From: Albugo candida
Lineage: Eukaryota
Length of the DNA stretch: 64,000 nt
NCBI GenBank assembly: GCA_040437565.1
Contig: JBDOQK010000043.1
Coordinates: 62,001 to 126,000 of the forward strand
Reading direction: 5' to 3'
Both the position numbers and the translations under genes were made by a program. Within the stretch, counting starts at the first letter, position 1; the number at the start of each line of letters is the position of its first letter. Below, piece after piece: positions 1 to 11,400 of the stretch. The notes beneath the pieces were generated by a model that saw only the letters and a list, made by a program, of their open reading frames with translations, did no database searches and had not been told where the DNA came from.

Positions 1-1170
1 CAATGTGAAGAAGAGGCATCTTGTATCTAAAACCAAACATGTACATGCATTTGGGCAAAATTGGATGTCTCTACAAAATTTGAACATGCGTACCTATTGG
101 TCTTGTATGTCGAATCCATGATGAAGACGGAATTCGCACAAAAGATGCGAGCTAGCGATACAGCCGTGATTGGGGCAATAAAGAGACACCAGAGTTCCCC
201 ATCTGCATCCTTTCGAAATCTGTAGTACATTTTCTCCTCTTCTAGCAAGTCCAATAGAGCTTCAACAGGTCGACGTGCACTGAGTGTGATGTTTCGCTTC
301 TAGTTCATGTGCACACTTTAGTTTTGGTTGCCACATGCGCTTCATTAGAAAGGATTTTGACTACCTTTTGCTTGATATTTTATATTTCCTGCCTGACAGC
401 CAGACAGCCTGGATCATTCTGGCGGAGGGGTTGCAAGAAATACGTGCGGAGATGCGCCAGCTTTGGTCATATTTGAAACCATCCTCTCCTGCTCGGAATT
501 AAGCGCTCTGTTTCTCGTGTAGACCGATGCATCAGTAGCGGTATCATATCCATGATGTTCGGCGTTTGTAACCACAAGGTCCCATATGTAAACCAAATCT
601 GGGTGTTCTGGATCGTTGACCCGTTGAACAACAGCCTGCCATGTACAGCCGATTTTGATCGTCGAAGTGTCAAGTAGGCCGCTTCCCGATATCCCATAGC
701 GTCCACCGTGCACGCTTCCCAGCCAAACCTTTCGGATTTCTCCCGTTTTGCTTTTCTTTGAGCGCGACTCAAAGCGTAGCCGTGAACTTTAGCGAAGGTA
801 TTGACATCACTCTCCGCGACTTCGAGCCAGGAATAGGACGCTTCTAGTGGATTTTGCATAGTGGTGGATGCGCGGTGGATGCGCGGTGGATGTCAGCGAA
901 GGTCATTGAAATATTATAATTATTATCACGTGATTGGTAGAATTGATACGGAATGATTCTATTGGCTTTATATTATAATAATAACGTGATTGGTAGAATT
1001 GAGACAGAATGATCTTCTAATAGGGGGGTGATAATAGTTAAAGGGNNNNNNNNNNNNNNNNNNNNNNNNNNNNNNNNNNNNNNNNNNNNNNNNNNNNNNN
1101 NNNNNNNNNNNNNNNNNNNNNNNNNNNNNNNNNNNNNNNNNNNNNTAATAGTTAAAGGGGGGGGGTGTGT
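1..1170 (-). mobile_element. Mutator/MULE DNA transposon remnant (frameshifted transposase, FAR1-like N-terminus, subterminal repeats)
   Basis: ORF 27-254 contains VFIMDSTYKTNRY (MULE first catalytic Asp motif DxTYKTN). ORF 467-859 has FAKVHGYAL (FAR1-like). Direct repeats upstream at ~910-962/971-1017 and (gtggatgcgcg)x~3 at ~864-893. Right boundary approximate because of a gap. Confidence 0.8.
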
Positions 1171-1635
1171 GGTTATAGGCGCTCGCATAAAATTTAGGCT
1201 AAGATTCGTTTTGTAAATCAATATACGATGCATGCTATACATATAAAAAGCACTGAAATCCTCGGTCCGGTTGCCTAAGACTCACTGACTGTAATAGCTT
1301 TCAATTAATCGCAGTGAGGATCAGTAGCCCGCATTTTGCCAACGAATATGGTACCCCAAACTTGAGTATCGAACTTGTGAAGGACAAGAACGACATACAC
1401 TTACCAGTTCCTATTTTGATGTAGATACACAGAGACGTCGCACGACTTCCGTTGCAATACATTTGGAACTGAAAGGCTCAATTGGCTCAGCGCTTTTGCA
1501 CGTCAGGTACCATTTGTTGTTGTTGTATGGAGCTGCAAATTCAAATGTGTGCAAGTATTTACCGACATAAGGACTAGTGATTTGAGAAGAAAGGAAGGAT
1601 CGAATCATAAATGTTTATCATTTTATTTCTTGTCT

Positions 1636-3096
1636 CTAAGAATTTGTAAGAGATGAGGATTCTCCCTGTTCAAGAAAGTTATTTTTAGCGAATTTCACTG
1701 GTCTCGGGGGGAGGTAGGTCACTTCAGGATCGTCCTTTGGTACATCAGTTGGTCCGCACTTTTGATTACATTTAAGACTCGGCGAATGATCTGGGTTCAC
1801 CCATAGCAGTTTCTTTATCGGATCAGAGTAAAAAACCTCAAAGTACCTGAATAGACACTTGGCGCATTCCCACTTACCTTTGTACGAAATAGAGACAACT
1901 TTGGCTACTTCAATGTTATAGTCGGCATTCTCATCGTTTCCATCAGTTAACTGTAATGCCTGCAATAACTCGTAAACGTGTCCAGGTCTGAGCATCACCG
2001 AAGTGCATAGACTTGTTTTGTATACACACTGTGATCGAATTTGAAGCATCTTAGCGGTGGTCGTACTCGAGCCTGTTATTATGCTGGATAAAAGTGTATG
2101 AAATTCTTCCTTATCAGTAAATGCAATGCAATTGATACATTTTTGATGTAGACCTTCTTTGTAAGTGGCGACCACAACATCTGGTAATGGCTTTTCTTGA
2201 TTGATACTTGCTTGTGGTGGTTGTTCCAAGCTGGGATCATTGTTTTCGAACCAGTAAGCCTTTTGATCTACAGACTTGAACTTGCAATTGTCTGATTTTT
2301 CAATGCAAGAGCTAGCTTCCTTCGACAACATCACGAGATCATGATTGCCGTGTTCACTCGGAACCAACGCGAATATTTGATCATCGGAACATATACGTAA
2401 TATGTCGTGACATTCTTCTGAATGAGAAATGTCAAACGCTGCCGTATATAGAGTTTTTTTTCGTGATGAAAATGTCTGAATTTGCCATAATAAAGCAGCA
2501 AGTGCCGGATCTACCCCATTCCTTCGCCTATAAATAGGCATGTTTTCCATCTGCTCACTCAGAAAGCTGACAAGCTCCATTGGAGCAAATAAAGACGAGT
2601 GATCATTTTCAAGCTCATTAATATCGTCAGTTTCTCCACGACACCAGTACAGCTTATAATCGACTTGACGCCAGAAAATCGTGTACTCCTTGTGTATTTC
2701 AATTTTCAAATTGATGAGAAAATTTCGTTGAGATTCAACGGAGAAAATAGCAAACGCTTTACCAATGAGTATTGCATTGTTTCGACTTGGATTATAACCA
2801 TCGAAAACTTCCATTAAACAATTGCGTGGAAATCTTGCTTGAATGGTACGATCCAAAAGGTTCGTTTCTGAGTACACGACGACTTTTGCAGTTGTGCCTG
2901 CAATCTCTAATGGTCGAAGTCTTTTGACACCAGCATCAATAATAGCGTTGTAGCAGGAATGAAACCGAGAACGCGGTTCCGTCACTGAAATCCCGTACTT
3001 ATAATATTTTCCACACTGCACGAAACGCAGCCGATACCATAACCACGCGCTGAGCTGTGTAGCCACACAAAACCATCTTTGTTGTATCGCCACCAT
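1636..3096 (-). CDS. Cys-rich candidate secreted effector, family copy 1 (486 aa), CHxC/CCG-like
   Basis: Long intact ORF. Hydrophobic N-terminus ending VQC, then FHSCYNAIIDAGVKRLRP, with later CHDIL, CINCI, CTSVML and CAKCLF motifs. Full-length paralog at 13368-14840. Confidence 0.85.
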   Translation of the reverse strand: MVAIQQRWFCVATQLSAWLWYRLRFVQCGKYYKYGISVTEPRSRFHSCYNAIIDAGVKRLRPLEIAGTTAKVVVYSETNLLDRTIQARFPRNCLMEVFDGYNPSRNNAILIGKAFAIFSVESQRNFLINLKIEIHKEYTIFWRQVDYKLYWCRGETDDINELENDHSSLFAPMELVSFLSEQMENMPIYRRRNGVDPALAALLWQIQTFSSRKKTLYTAAFDISHSEECHDILRICSDDQIFALVPSEHGNHDLVMLSKEASSCIEKSDNCKFKSVDQKAYWFENNDPSLEQPPQASINQEKPLPDVVVATYKEGLHQKCINCIAFTDKEEFHTLLSSIITGSSTTTAKMLQIRSQCVYKTSLCTSVMLRPGHVYELLQALQLTDGNDENADYNIEVAKVVSISYKGKWECAKCLFRYFEVFYSDPIKKLLWVNPDHSPSLKCNQKCGPTDVPKDDPEVTYLPPRPVKFAKNNFLEQGESSSLTNS

Positions 3097-3217
3097 TGGA
3101 TTCTCTTACCTACTCACAGGGTAAGTTCTAAAATGACTAGATAAATGAGGTAGAAGAATGTATGTACGTATTTGATGCCACGATGAAACATTACAACCTC
3201 GCAATACTTCAGCCTCA

Positions 3218-3356
3218 CACATCACAACATCACAACATCACAACATCACAACATCACAACATCACAGCATTACAGCATTACAGCATCACAACATTACAGC
3301 CTTGACAATCACAACATCACAACATTACAGCCTTGACAATCACAACATCACAACAA
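3218..3356. repeat. 8-bp minisatellite (ATCACAAC / ATTACAGC variants) with a higher-order duplication, upstream of copy 1
   Basis: Tandem acaacatc units directly visible. Shorter related motifs at ~14948-14995 and ~27081-27095. Confidence 0.85.
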
Positions 3357-6056
3357 AAACTGGTCTTGTTGCAAATCAACCGTGAATTCTTGCGGTGAGG
3401 TGAACGTCTACCGTAGCATCCTTTGGACGATGATGTATGTAGCCTACACAGATCAAACGATGTATGTATCCCCTATGCCACCAAAACCCCGTCTGATCAG
3501 TAGTACCCCTCCAGAAACGTTCCTCTACCAATTCTCCTGGATGATATATATAAGGACCAAATTTCAGAGAGGACGTATCGTTGAGACATTTTTTCCTTCC
3601 CGTTTCTTTCCATTTTCTGCGGTATACTTTGTGCCCAATATTATTTCATGAACACTCTTTTTGAGAAAATAGAACGTATGTATCGATTGGTACGCTCGAT
3701 TTGCAGAGACTTTGCCGATGGTATATCCATTGCATTGCCACGATTGCGCGATGGTATGCAGCAACTTTAGCCAGATTTTTTCGGGTTTTGAGTAACGTTG
3801 ATAATTGATTTAACACGATCCCTGAACGCCAATGTAATTGTGCACGCACATATTTCAGGATATTACGCAAAGTGGTAACTTCATACATTCCAATGAGAGA
3901 TGCAATGTTCACTATATTCACTTTGCATATCCTATGTCCTATCTGTAAAATATACACACAAAATAAGGTGATACCCGAGTGTGTCAGGCCTGATGTTACG
4001 TATGTACATTANNNNNNNNNNNNNNNNNNNNNNNNNNNNNNNNNNNNNNNNNNNNNNNNNNNNNNNNNNNNNNNNNNNNNNNNNNNNNNNNNNNNNNNNN
4101 NNNNNNNNNNNCCCCAGAAAATTGAGCATGGCTGCAAAAAAAGGACATGAGATTTCAAACTCTTTATGAGCACAATGCTGGATTAAAGCATGCATAGTGC
4201 CATGCTGCGTGTGTCTCGCTATCGTATTAGGCCACATTTATTGGAGCATAGCGGTTCTTTTGACCCTGATGAATACTACGTAATTACATGAAAAGAACTC
4301 TTTCTATTATCAGCATAGTGCAGCACATTCAGTGAGTACGTTGCAGGAACTACGCCAAAATGAAGCCCTGCATCGGGCCCGAATTTATTTCTGATTCTAA
4401 AAGGAATTACATAGCTGCTCCATTTATCCGTTGTAATTCCGCATAATGACGCTTTTATAGCTGGCAACCACGATGGGTTCATTGTCGTTTGCGTGAAATA
4501 TTGTTAAAGTGCTATTTGCCGTTCACTGCTGCACTCAGCATCAGAAATCGCTAACAGTTACCATCACCTTTTCACTTCCCGCTGAATATTAGTACGGTGT
4601 CATTAGACTGGTGTGGTGGATCCGTGCGCTTGGAGGCAAGTTGAGAAATTAATATGCATGCTATGATCTTGGTGCCCCTGTGTGCCTCCTAGACTTAACT
4701 GCTTCCCAACTACCGGCGCTTGAGGGGGTGGGTGTTTCGTTACTACCGGATCAAGGGTTTCAGGAATGTGAGCCCTACTAATCCACAACAACTGGGTAGC
4801 CCCACACAAATTCTGATGAAGTACACGCAGATCTTTTAAGTTCGAATGGGATCAATTGAATTCAATGAGTCGCACATCTGAGCGAGATTTTGACTTTGTT
4901 CCTATGTTAGCGTGCTACCCAGATTTAAATAGCTGTAGAAACCCAGAATAATCCTCAGAGTGAGAAAGATAGAATCAGGTATAAGCATTTGTTGCTATAC
5001 AAAGACCTTCAGTCAAACTATATCAATGAACAATGCAAGATAAGACTTTTGCACTTACATGATGTGATTAATATCAACATGTTTACAGAAATCTTAAAGG
5101 TAAACACTGAACCTGCGTTGGTAATTGGTCACTCGCAGGTCGGCTCGCTTACTATTTCTGGTTGCAAAAAGGATTTCGCAACTGTTTATGGTATGGTAGC
5201 CATTTATGAAGCCGCACGAATTTCAGGCGAGATGAGCAAAGTGTGTATGTAAATAATTCTAGGATATGGGTGAATATCAAGCAAGGTTGACGTGTGGTTT
5301 ATCTCAAATTTTCTTTTTCTCTGAAAAGGAAGAACGAAAATGGTCACAAATGAAGCTTCATGCGACATTTGTCAGAGACAAACGACCGTCGCTCATTTTT
5401 TTGTTAGATTCAAGTCGAATCGAATTGCGCTATTTGCCACATGATTTGATTTGAGAAGGATATCATTGTTCTACTAGACCACAGCTTAGAGATACCGAAG
5501 TCCTCTCTGCATGCTTTTCCAAAAAAACTTCACGTCTTTTGCTCCCCTCCACCAAACCGCTTCCTATTGGGTATGTGCTGTAATATTTCCAAGTAATCGA
5601 GAAGGGATTCACCACATTGGTCATTTTTGAAGCAACTGGTGTTGGTAAGTCTCAGTTGTGGTATGAACTAATCCACCATAATAAAAAATAAAACAAAAAA
5701 AAGATGTAATTATTTATAAATATTTTTTTTTAATAAAAACTATAATTTATTTAAAAAAAAAAATGTTCTTTTAATAAAAATAAAAAAAAAATTCACGTGA
5801 TTTTTCTGCATATCCAGTCAATTTAATNNNNNNNNNNNNNNNNNNNNNNNNNNNNNNNNNNNNNNNNNNNNNNNNNNNNNNNNNNNNNNNNNNNNNNNNN
5901 NNNNNNNNNNNNNNNNNNNNNNNNNNNTCTGCATATCCAGTCAATTTAATATTCAAGCTTGCATTTTTGGTTCTGTATTATTTCCCTAAAGCATCTGTCA
6001 ATGCTATTTCCTTTTTGGGATTATTTTCACGGCTGGAGCCATATCGCCTTCGCTGA

Positions 6057-6187
6057 TGGAATCCCATGATCACTTACACTCACAACCAACTCGTACGAGA
6101 ACTCAGCATCAATGAAACGTAACTCGAGCAAGACAATACGACTACATGCATAGCGACATACATCAATAGTCGTTTTGACTCTTGCGT
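6057..6187 (-). pseudogene. N-terminal fragment of the Cys-rich secreted family (copy 2)
   Basis: Manual translation (ACG)QESKRLLMYVAMHVVV../FSYELVVSVSDHGIP matches MMGKSRTPLIYAALHLIVW..FLYELAVSVGDDGLP of ORF 28753-28953. Start codon lost, frameshifted, truncated. Confidence 0.7.
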
Positions 6188-7540
6188 AGGAGCTGTTCTT
6201 GTCGAAGCTCTACAAGTCTAATCGAAGAAGTTTTTTTTTACCCTTTTTAACGGTATTGATGATAACGATTGCCTTCTTAGAAAACTCTTTTGTACGTGGT
6301 GCTTTCTCATCGGGAGGGCTTCTGAAAATCTGGATCACCTATGAGCTGCGAGTGACAAAGCAAGGAGTACTAGTTGGCAAGTGCTGCTTTCAGAACCTAA
6401 TAACGAGGTGATTTCCTTTTCGGATGCATTGATGTGCGTCTCTAGATACAATATATCTTTTGTCCGGGGATCTTATCTCATCGTTCTCTGAAGTTGGGTG
6501 GCGCTTTTGCTCGAGCAGATGCGATTCCCAGTCCTCAAGTAGTGTTACAGTTCTTTGGTCATAGACATGCAAGATCAATCGATCTTGACATTATACATCG
6601 TTGTGCCTGGAAGATGCATTGATAAAGTAGTCTGTATTGGTATACTCGTGCAGTCTAATTGCCGCTTTCATTTCACTATCATTCTACATAATCACCCAGA
6701 TTGGATAGCGTGACATTGGAATCTTGCTTTGAAATCAAATGCGCGGTACTGGCAGTGTCAGCTCTAATACTTTATATAGGATTTACCGCCTGAAGGAGGT
6801 CATCTGTTAAGCGATTCCAAAAGAGAGAATGATTAATGAGCAAGCAATGAAGGCGTCACCAAGAGAAATTTATTGCTTGGTTCTGGAGAGCACAATTAAC
6901 TTTAAGCCAAGTCAGTGCTGAAGAGGTCCCATTATCAGGTACACTTCTCGTTGAGAGATGGCACGCCGCATACTTCTGTACAGACGATCAAGAGCAAAAA
7001 AAACCTGAAAAGTTATCAGCAATATACTCATGCACGAACACGCTTGTGATTCCTTTGATTGGTTTGTTTGCGTAAGTAGCGCTCCAACTGATCTGTACTT
7101 GTGCGACAATCTTTGCACTTCTATGGATAATTACTGGATATTAGCAACAAAACGTATTCGTAGATAAGAAGCGGGACAGTTTGCAGACCTAAAAGCACCG
7201 TCAGGCAAACTAAGCACCTAGATACAATGTACAGTACTTCCGAATGTTTTTGTTTTCGGTGCATCGGTGGTTAAATATTATCGATTATAAAATAAAATAA
7301 TACACAAAGCACGTACTTGATAAGTCGTCTGCTTCGCCAAAATAGGACAAAGTTAATCGCATACTCGCAGAAATAGGACGTCATTTTGTATTTAAGACAC
7401 AAAGTTGCTTTGTGCATGATTAAGGGCTTTCGAATGCTTCCAGATGAAAATAGATGCGATAGTGATATCACTTTATACGTAGTACAAAAGACTCTTGACT
7501 ATCATCGTTATGATAGTGAGTAAAAACCACGGTCGATCAG
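6057..7540. repeat. Diverged segmental duplication of ~28820-30280
   Basis: Collinear matching blocks, e.g. tcgggagggcttctg (6310/29136), acgaggt.att (6401/29322), cttgacatta.acatc (6584/29422), atactcgtgcagtc (6642/29482), gactatc..cgt.atgata (7497/30240). Confidence 0.75.
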
Positions 7541-7577
7541 AGAGTGACTGAGCATGTCCTCAGTAAGCAGTAAGTGT

Positions 7578-8402
7578 AGGGTCCGTACCCAGCTCAGTTA
7601 AGGGTGTTCGCCCGTAGTACTTTTAATTAGACACCGTTCTGTTACTACAGTTTGGTGGTTATCTACTCTATTCTAATCACTAGTATGTAACGNNNNNNNN
7701 NNNNNNNNNNNNNNNNNNNNNNNNNNNNNNNNNNNNNNNNNNNNNNNNNNNNNNNNNNNNNNNNNNNNNNNNNNNNNNNNNNNNNNNNNNNNTGCAAGCG
7801 GTGACACTGCACTTCGTCTTGACAGATCGGAATCGTCGTTTGTTCGATCATCGATCAGCAACTCCGACAGTTCCAGCACTTTCCGTGATCTGCACCACGT
7901 TTAGTGCGCACGTTCGGTACTTTCGAAGACAGTGTTACGACCAAGAGGAGCGCATTCGGCTTGCAAAGGTACTGGATCAACTCGCAACACAAGGATCATT
8001 TGGTAAATTTTTCAGAAGCCGAAGATCTTTACTGCGGGTCCGGCACAAACAAGTCAAAACGCAAGTGCAACTCGGATCCTAGTCCTAGTTGGATGGCATT
8101 GTTCCGCCTAGTGTGGCGCACACCAATTGGCAAATCACGGTACTTTTGGACCAGTTTACGGCAATATATGTTATTTAAGATCGCCTAGGCAACTAGAGAA
8201 GTCAGTTAGTCTAATTCTAGTAATATAAACACCTTCAACTGGGCAGTGGTTTGAGCCCACCCAAGCAATAAGCTTTGAAAATGTCTGCCTCCCTAGGTTT
8301 GAAGTCAGACTTGAGTGATGTTCACACGGTCAGGGGCTCATGATAGTATAAGGAAGGTAGTTAAGAAACCAGATATACAGTGTAATGAAATCCTTGACAA
8401 AG
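7578..8402 (+). mobile_element. tRNA-derived SINE copy interrupted by a LINE 3' end (spans a gap)
   Basis: Head agggtccg..cagctcagt at 7578. Body 8240-8402 matches 19585-19865 and 59342-59490. Flanking direct repeat taagcagtaagtgt (7564-7577) / taagctgttagtgt (8403-8416). Confidence 0.65.
7793..8241 (+). mobile_element. L1/Tx1-like LINE 3' end
   Basis: Near-identical to 50583 onward and homologous to 22687-23269. Ends acaccttcaactg. Confidence 0.85.
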
Positions 8403-11400
8403 TAAGCTGTTAGTGTCAATACCCGGAGCTAGCGGTTAATTTACCCGAGTATGAGGTGGAGGAGGCATTCCTCGATCTATATTGCTTTTTGTCCTGCTCA
8501 AACATATACCAGATGCACCAGAGGAGATCGTGATACTAGAGTCTCTCACATCTTCTAATAAACGCATCTGAGACGGTCATACAAACTCTCACCATGGTTT
8601 TCCCTCCGTCGGCTCCACTGATTCCTAATCCCGAGAACGATATTCGGTTTCTATAGCCATCGGAATCTTGTTGAAAGTGTGCTTTTACAGAGATTGTATA
8701 CGAGTGCTCCCTAGTAACCGAGTTGCTAAGTGAGACTCACTTCGCAATTTCACACTATGGGCACTTGTATGCGTTACTCAATGCAAATAAACTTTGCATC
8801 ATAGATTCTAGCTGTGACGCTTTATTACTACTTTGTGCAACAATAGCACTACAAAAATCTGTTCCCCCACATTCAATCAGTATAGCAACTTGAGTTACGT
8901 TTTTTATGCCCAACTTTTCTCATCCTGCTTAATTATCAATCGGAAAAGCATAAGGGCTTCATATCAAGACAAACTATCAGCGCTTGCTGCCCAGTGATTG
9001 CTAACATGCCTTATTTGCTCTACTTCATAGATAATGGAAACTGGTGTGAAAAGGCAAAAGGCAAAATGGTCAGAAAAACTTTCGAAGAGCCGATGTAGCT
9101 TGGCCTTGTATCATGACATTATAGCGGGTCTCGCCAAAAATGATACAGCAGCCCCAATTTTTTCTTGAGGCTACGATCAGAAAAAAGGTACAAATCTGCG
9201 AAAAAGCTCTACTCTGGCATCTTTGCTCGGTAATAAATATCCTATTCAGGCTCTGTTTTTCTCGCTTGCTTGAATGTTATGTTGTGTAGCAACTACAGCC
9301 CTTATTAAATAACTTGAAAAGTGTGGACAAGCGTGAATTCAGCAATCTTCAGAGCTTAGTATCGTAGGAAAGGAATAGAAGGTGGCGTCAGGTCAGCCAT
9401 TCATCTTTAAAGCACCATGAACTCGGCATTATATTGTCACGATCAAGAATTCTAGCCTACAACTGCGTTTTTATTCTACTCGAGTTTTTTTGGTGTACTT
9501 TTCTCAGACATCATGCATTGTTCAAGGCGACGACAGCAGACGATGGACGCGATGCGAATGGTCAAGCCATAATAAAATGTTTAATACATTTAAATGCTTT
9601 TGTAACTAGCCATGATGCTTGGGCACTTTGAAATGCATAATTTATAAAAATCTACAAATGTTTTGTTCTTTTACAGCGCAGCAAAGATTTTTCCAGTTTG
9701 GCTTCCAAATGACACCACATATCGACGTTTCGATAAGTTTACACGCATACGATGTCGCGGTTGTGTTCTTGTACAAACTTACAAACCCGTCCAGGTGTTA
9801 TTTCTGAATAATTTTCCGGCCGGGTCAACTTTAATTTTGTAGCCATGACACAGTGATACCGAAGACACTTTCCAATGTGAAATTGTACAAGTTATGTACG
9901 CTATTCGGAATGTGAGCACTATAGGCTGCGGAACACCACTCAAAATGAAAGCAACGATGCTATAGGGTCAGCTGTCACAATCAAGAGCATCACTAATCGC
10001 ATATAAAACCAAGGCTGGGCTACAAAATTGCTGAATGTCAGCAATGATGCATAATTTTGCGAAATGCTCCATCAGTGCTTTATTTATGTGCTATACTAGA
10101 GTCCGATACTAAATTTCACATAGCTCGAATTCAGGGTTAATTGCGACTCACTGAAGTACATCTTAAAAAATCTTCATGCGTCTTCATAAAATCTGCCGAT
10201 TTGCTGCCCAGATTTTAATTGCTTTGGCGCGAAGCAGGCACATTTCCTCATTTTTGCTATTCCTTTTAGCGACACTAACTAGATGATTCATCTGTTAGCC
10301 ACCTTCTTTAGACATCGCACACACGTAGCCGAACGATAGTGCAACTTCTCTCTCAACATTTACATCACAATTGCTACGACCGATCGCTTTTCGAACAATC
10401 TCTTTTACAAAATAACGTAGCTTCTCTACTTCTGTTTAATGCTCAAAGACGAGGTATCAGTCAGTGAATTGTGGAAGAGCTCTACTAAACTAGCTCAAAG
10501 GCAATATTTCTTCGCTCGCAAACGACTGTAATAAAAATGTGCTTTCAATGGGCTCAAAGTTCATACACACAATGTCGATGCAAGTAACGCCCTTGTTGAT
10601 GCACGCAAATGCCGACATGTAGCCTGACAAATTACATGAGCATCAGAAAAGTATACAAGTTTCGTCCATTTCAATGCATTCTTTTTCGACTGCCTTCTAG
10701 AACTTTGGATTCGACTTCCATAGACACTATAATTTGAAGAATTGTACGAGGGAGTCATAAGTGCTGATAAAAGTTTGGTTTATATAGACGAATGCGCTGC
10801 TTGCATAACCGACAAAATTATTGAATTATTTTCATGGGTCCATTTTCTCGCTTTGGTGGGGTACTGTAATCCTTTTGAGCTAGTTTTTTGTGAAATCCTT
10901 TCTGTAGTCTCAAATGGTATCAACCTTCATGCTCATGTTCGTTAGCAGATGGAAAATGTACTCATTATTGAAGGATAAAAAACGTGACTTGACATTTAAA
11001 TCAGGCTCTTTGCATCGTTTCGACTGAAAAAGTCTGCTCGTGGAGCCCGAATTTAAAGGAGAAATTATCGATTGCACTTGTAATTGTGTAAACTATCTTG
11101 CCTAAAAGGAAGAAATAGCACCTGTCATCCCAGCTCAAGGACACGTGTTCTCACTTTAGTGCATATGATCCCTATCGCCACCGTAATCACGCTTGCAATG
11201 AAGCAATGACACTAGAATCTCTAGAATTTCATCCTTATGCTGCATGTATCTCAAGAACAAACGATAGAGGAAGCTTATCGAGGCAGACGAATGCAAGCGA
11301 TATAGCGCATGGTATTTTTACAGGGAGAGGACATACAGCCAAATGCAATATCCGGGTCGAACGCATCAGTCACGACTACATACTCATGCATTGAGACTAA

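Noticed and set aside
2599-2817. Conserved antisense ORFs (2599-2817 and 14343-14615)
   Set aside because: Shadow of the near-identical tract in the sense genes.
3218-3356. CRISPR-like or telomeric array
   Set aside because: Tandem 8-mers without spacers in a eukaryotic context, and not a TTAGGG/TTTAGGG-type repeat.
5680-5800. Very AT-rich tract
   Set aside because: Low-complexity sequence beside a gap with no definable structure.
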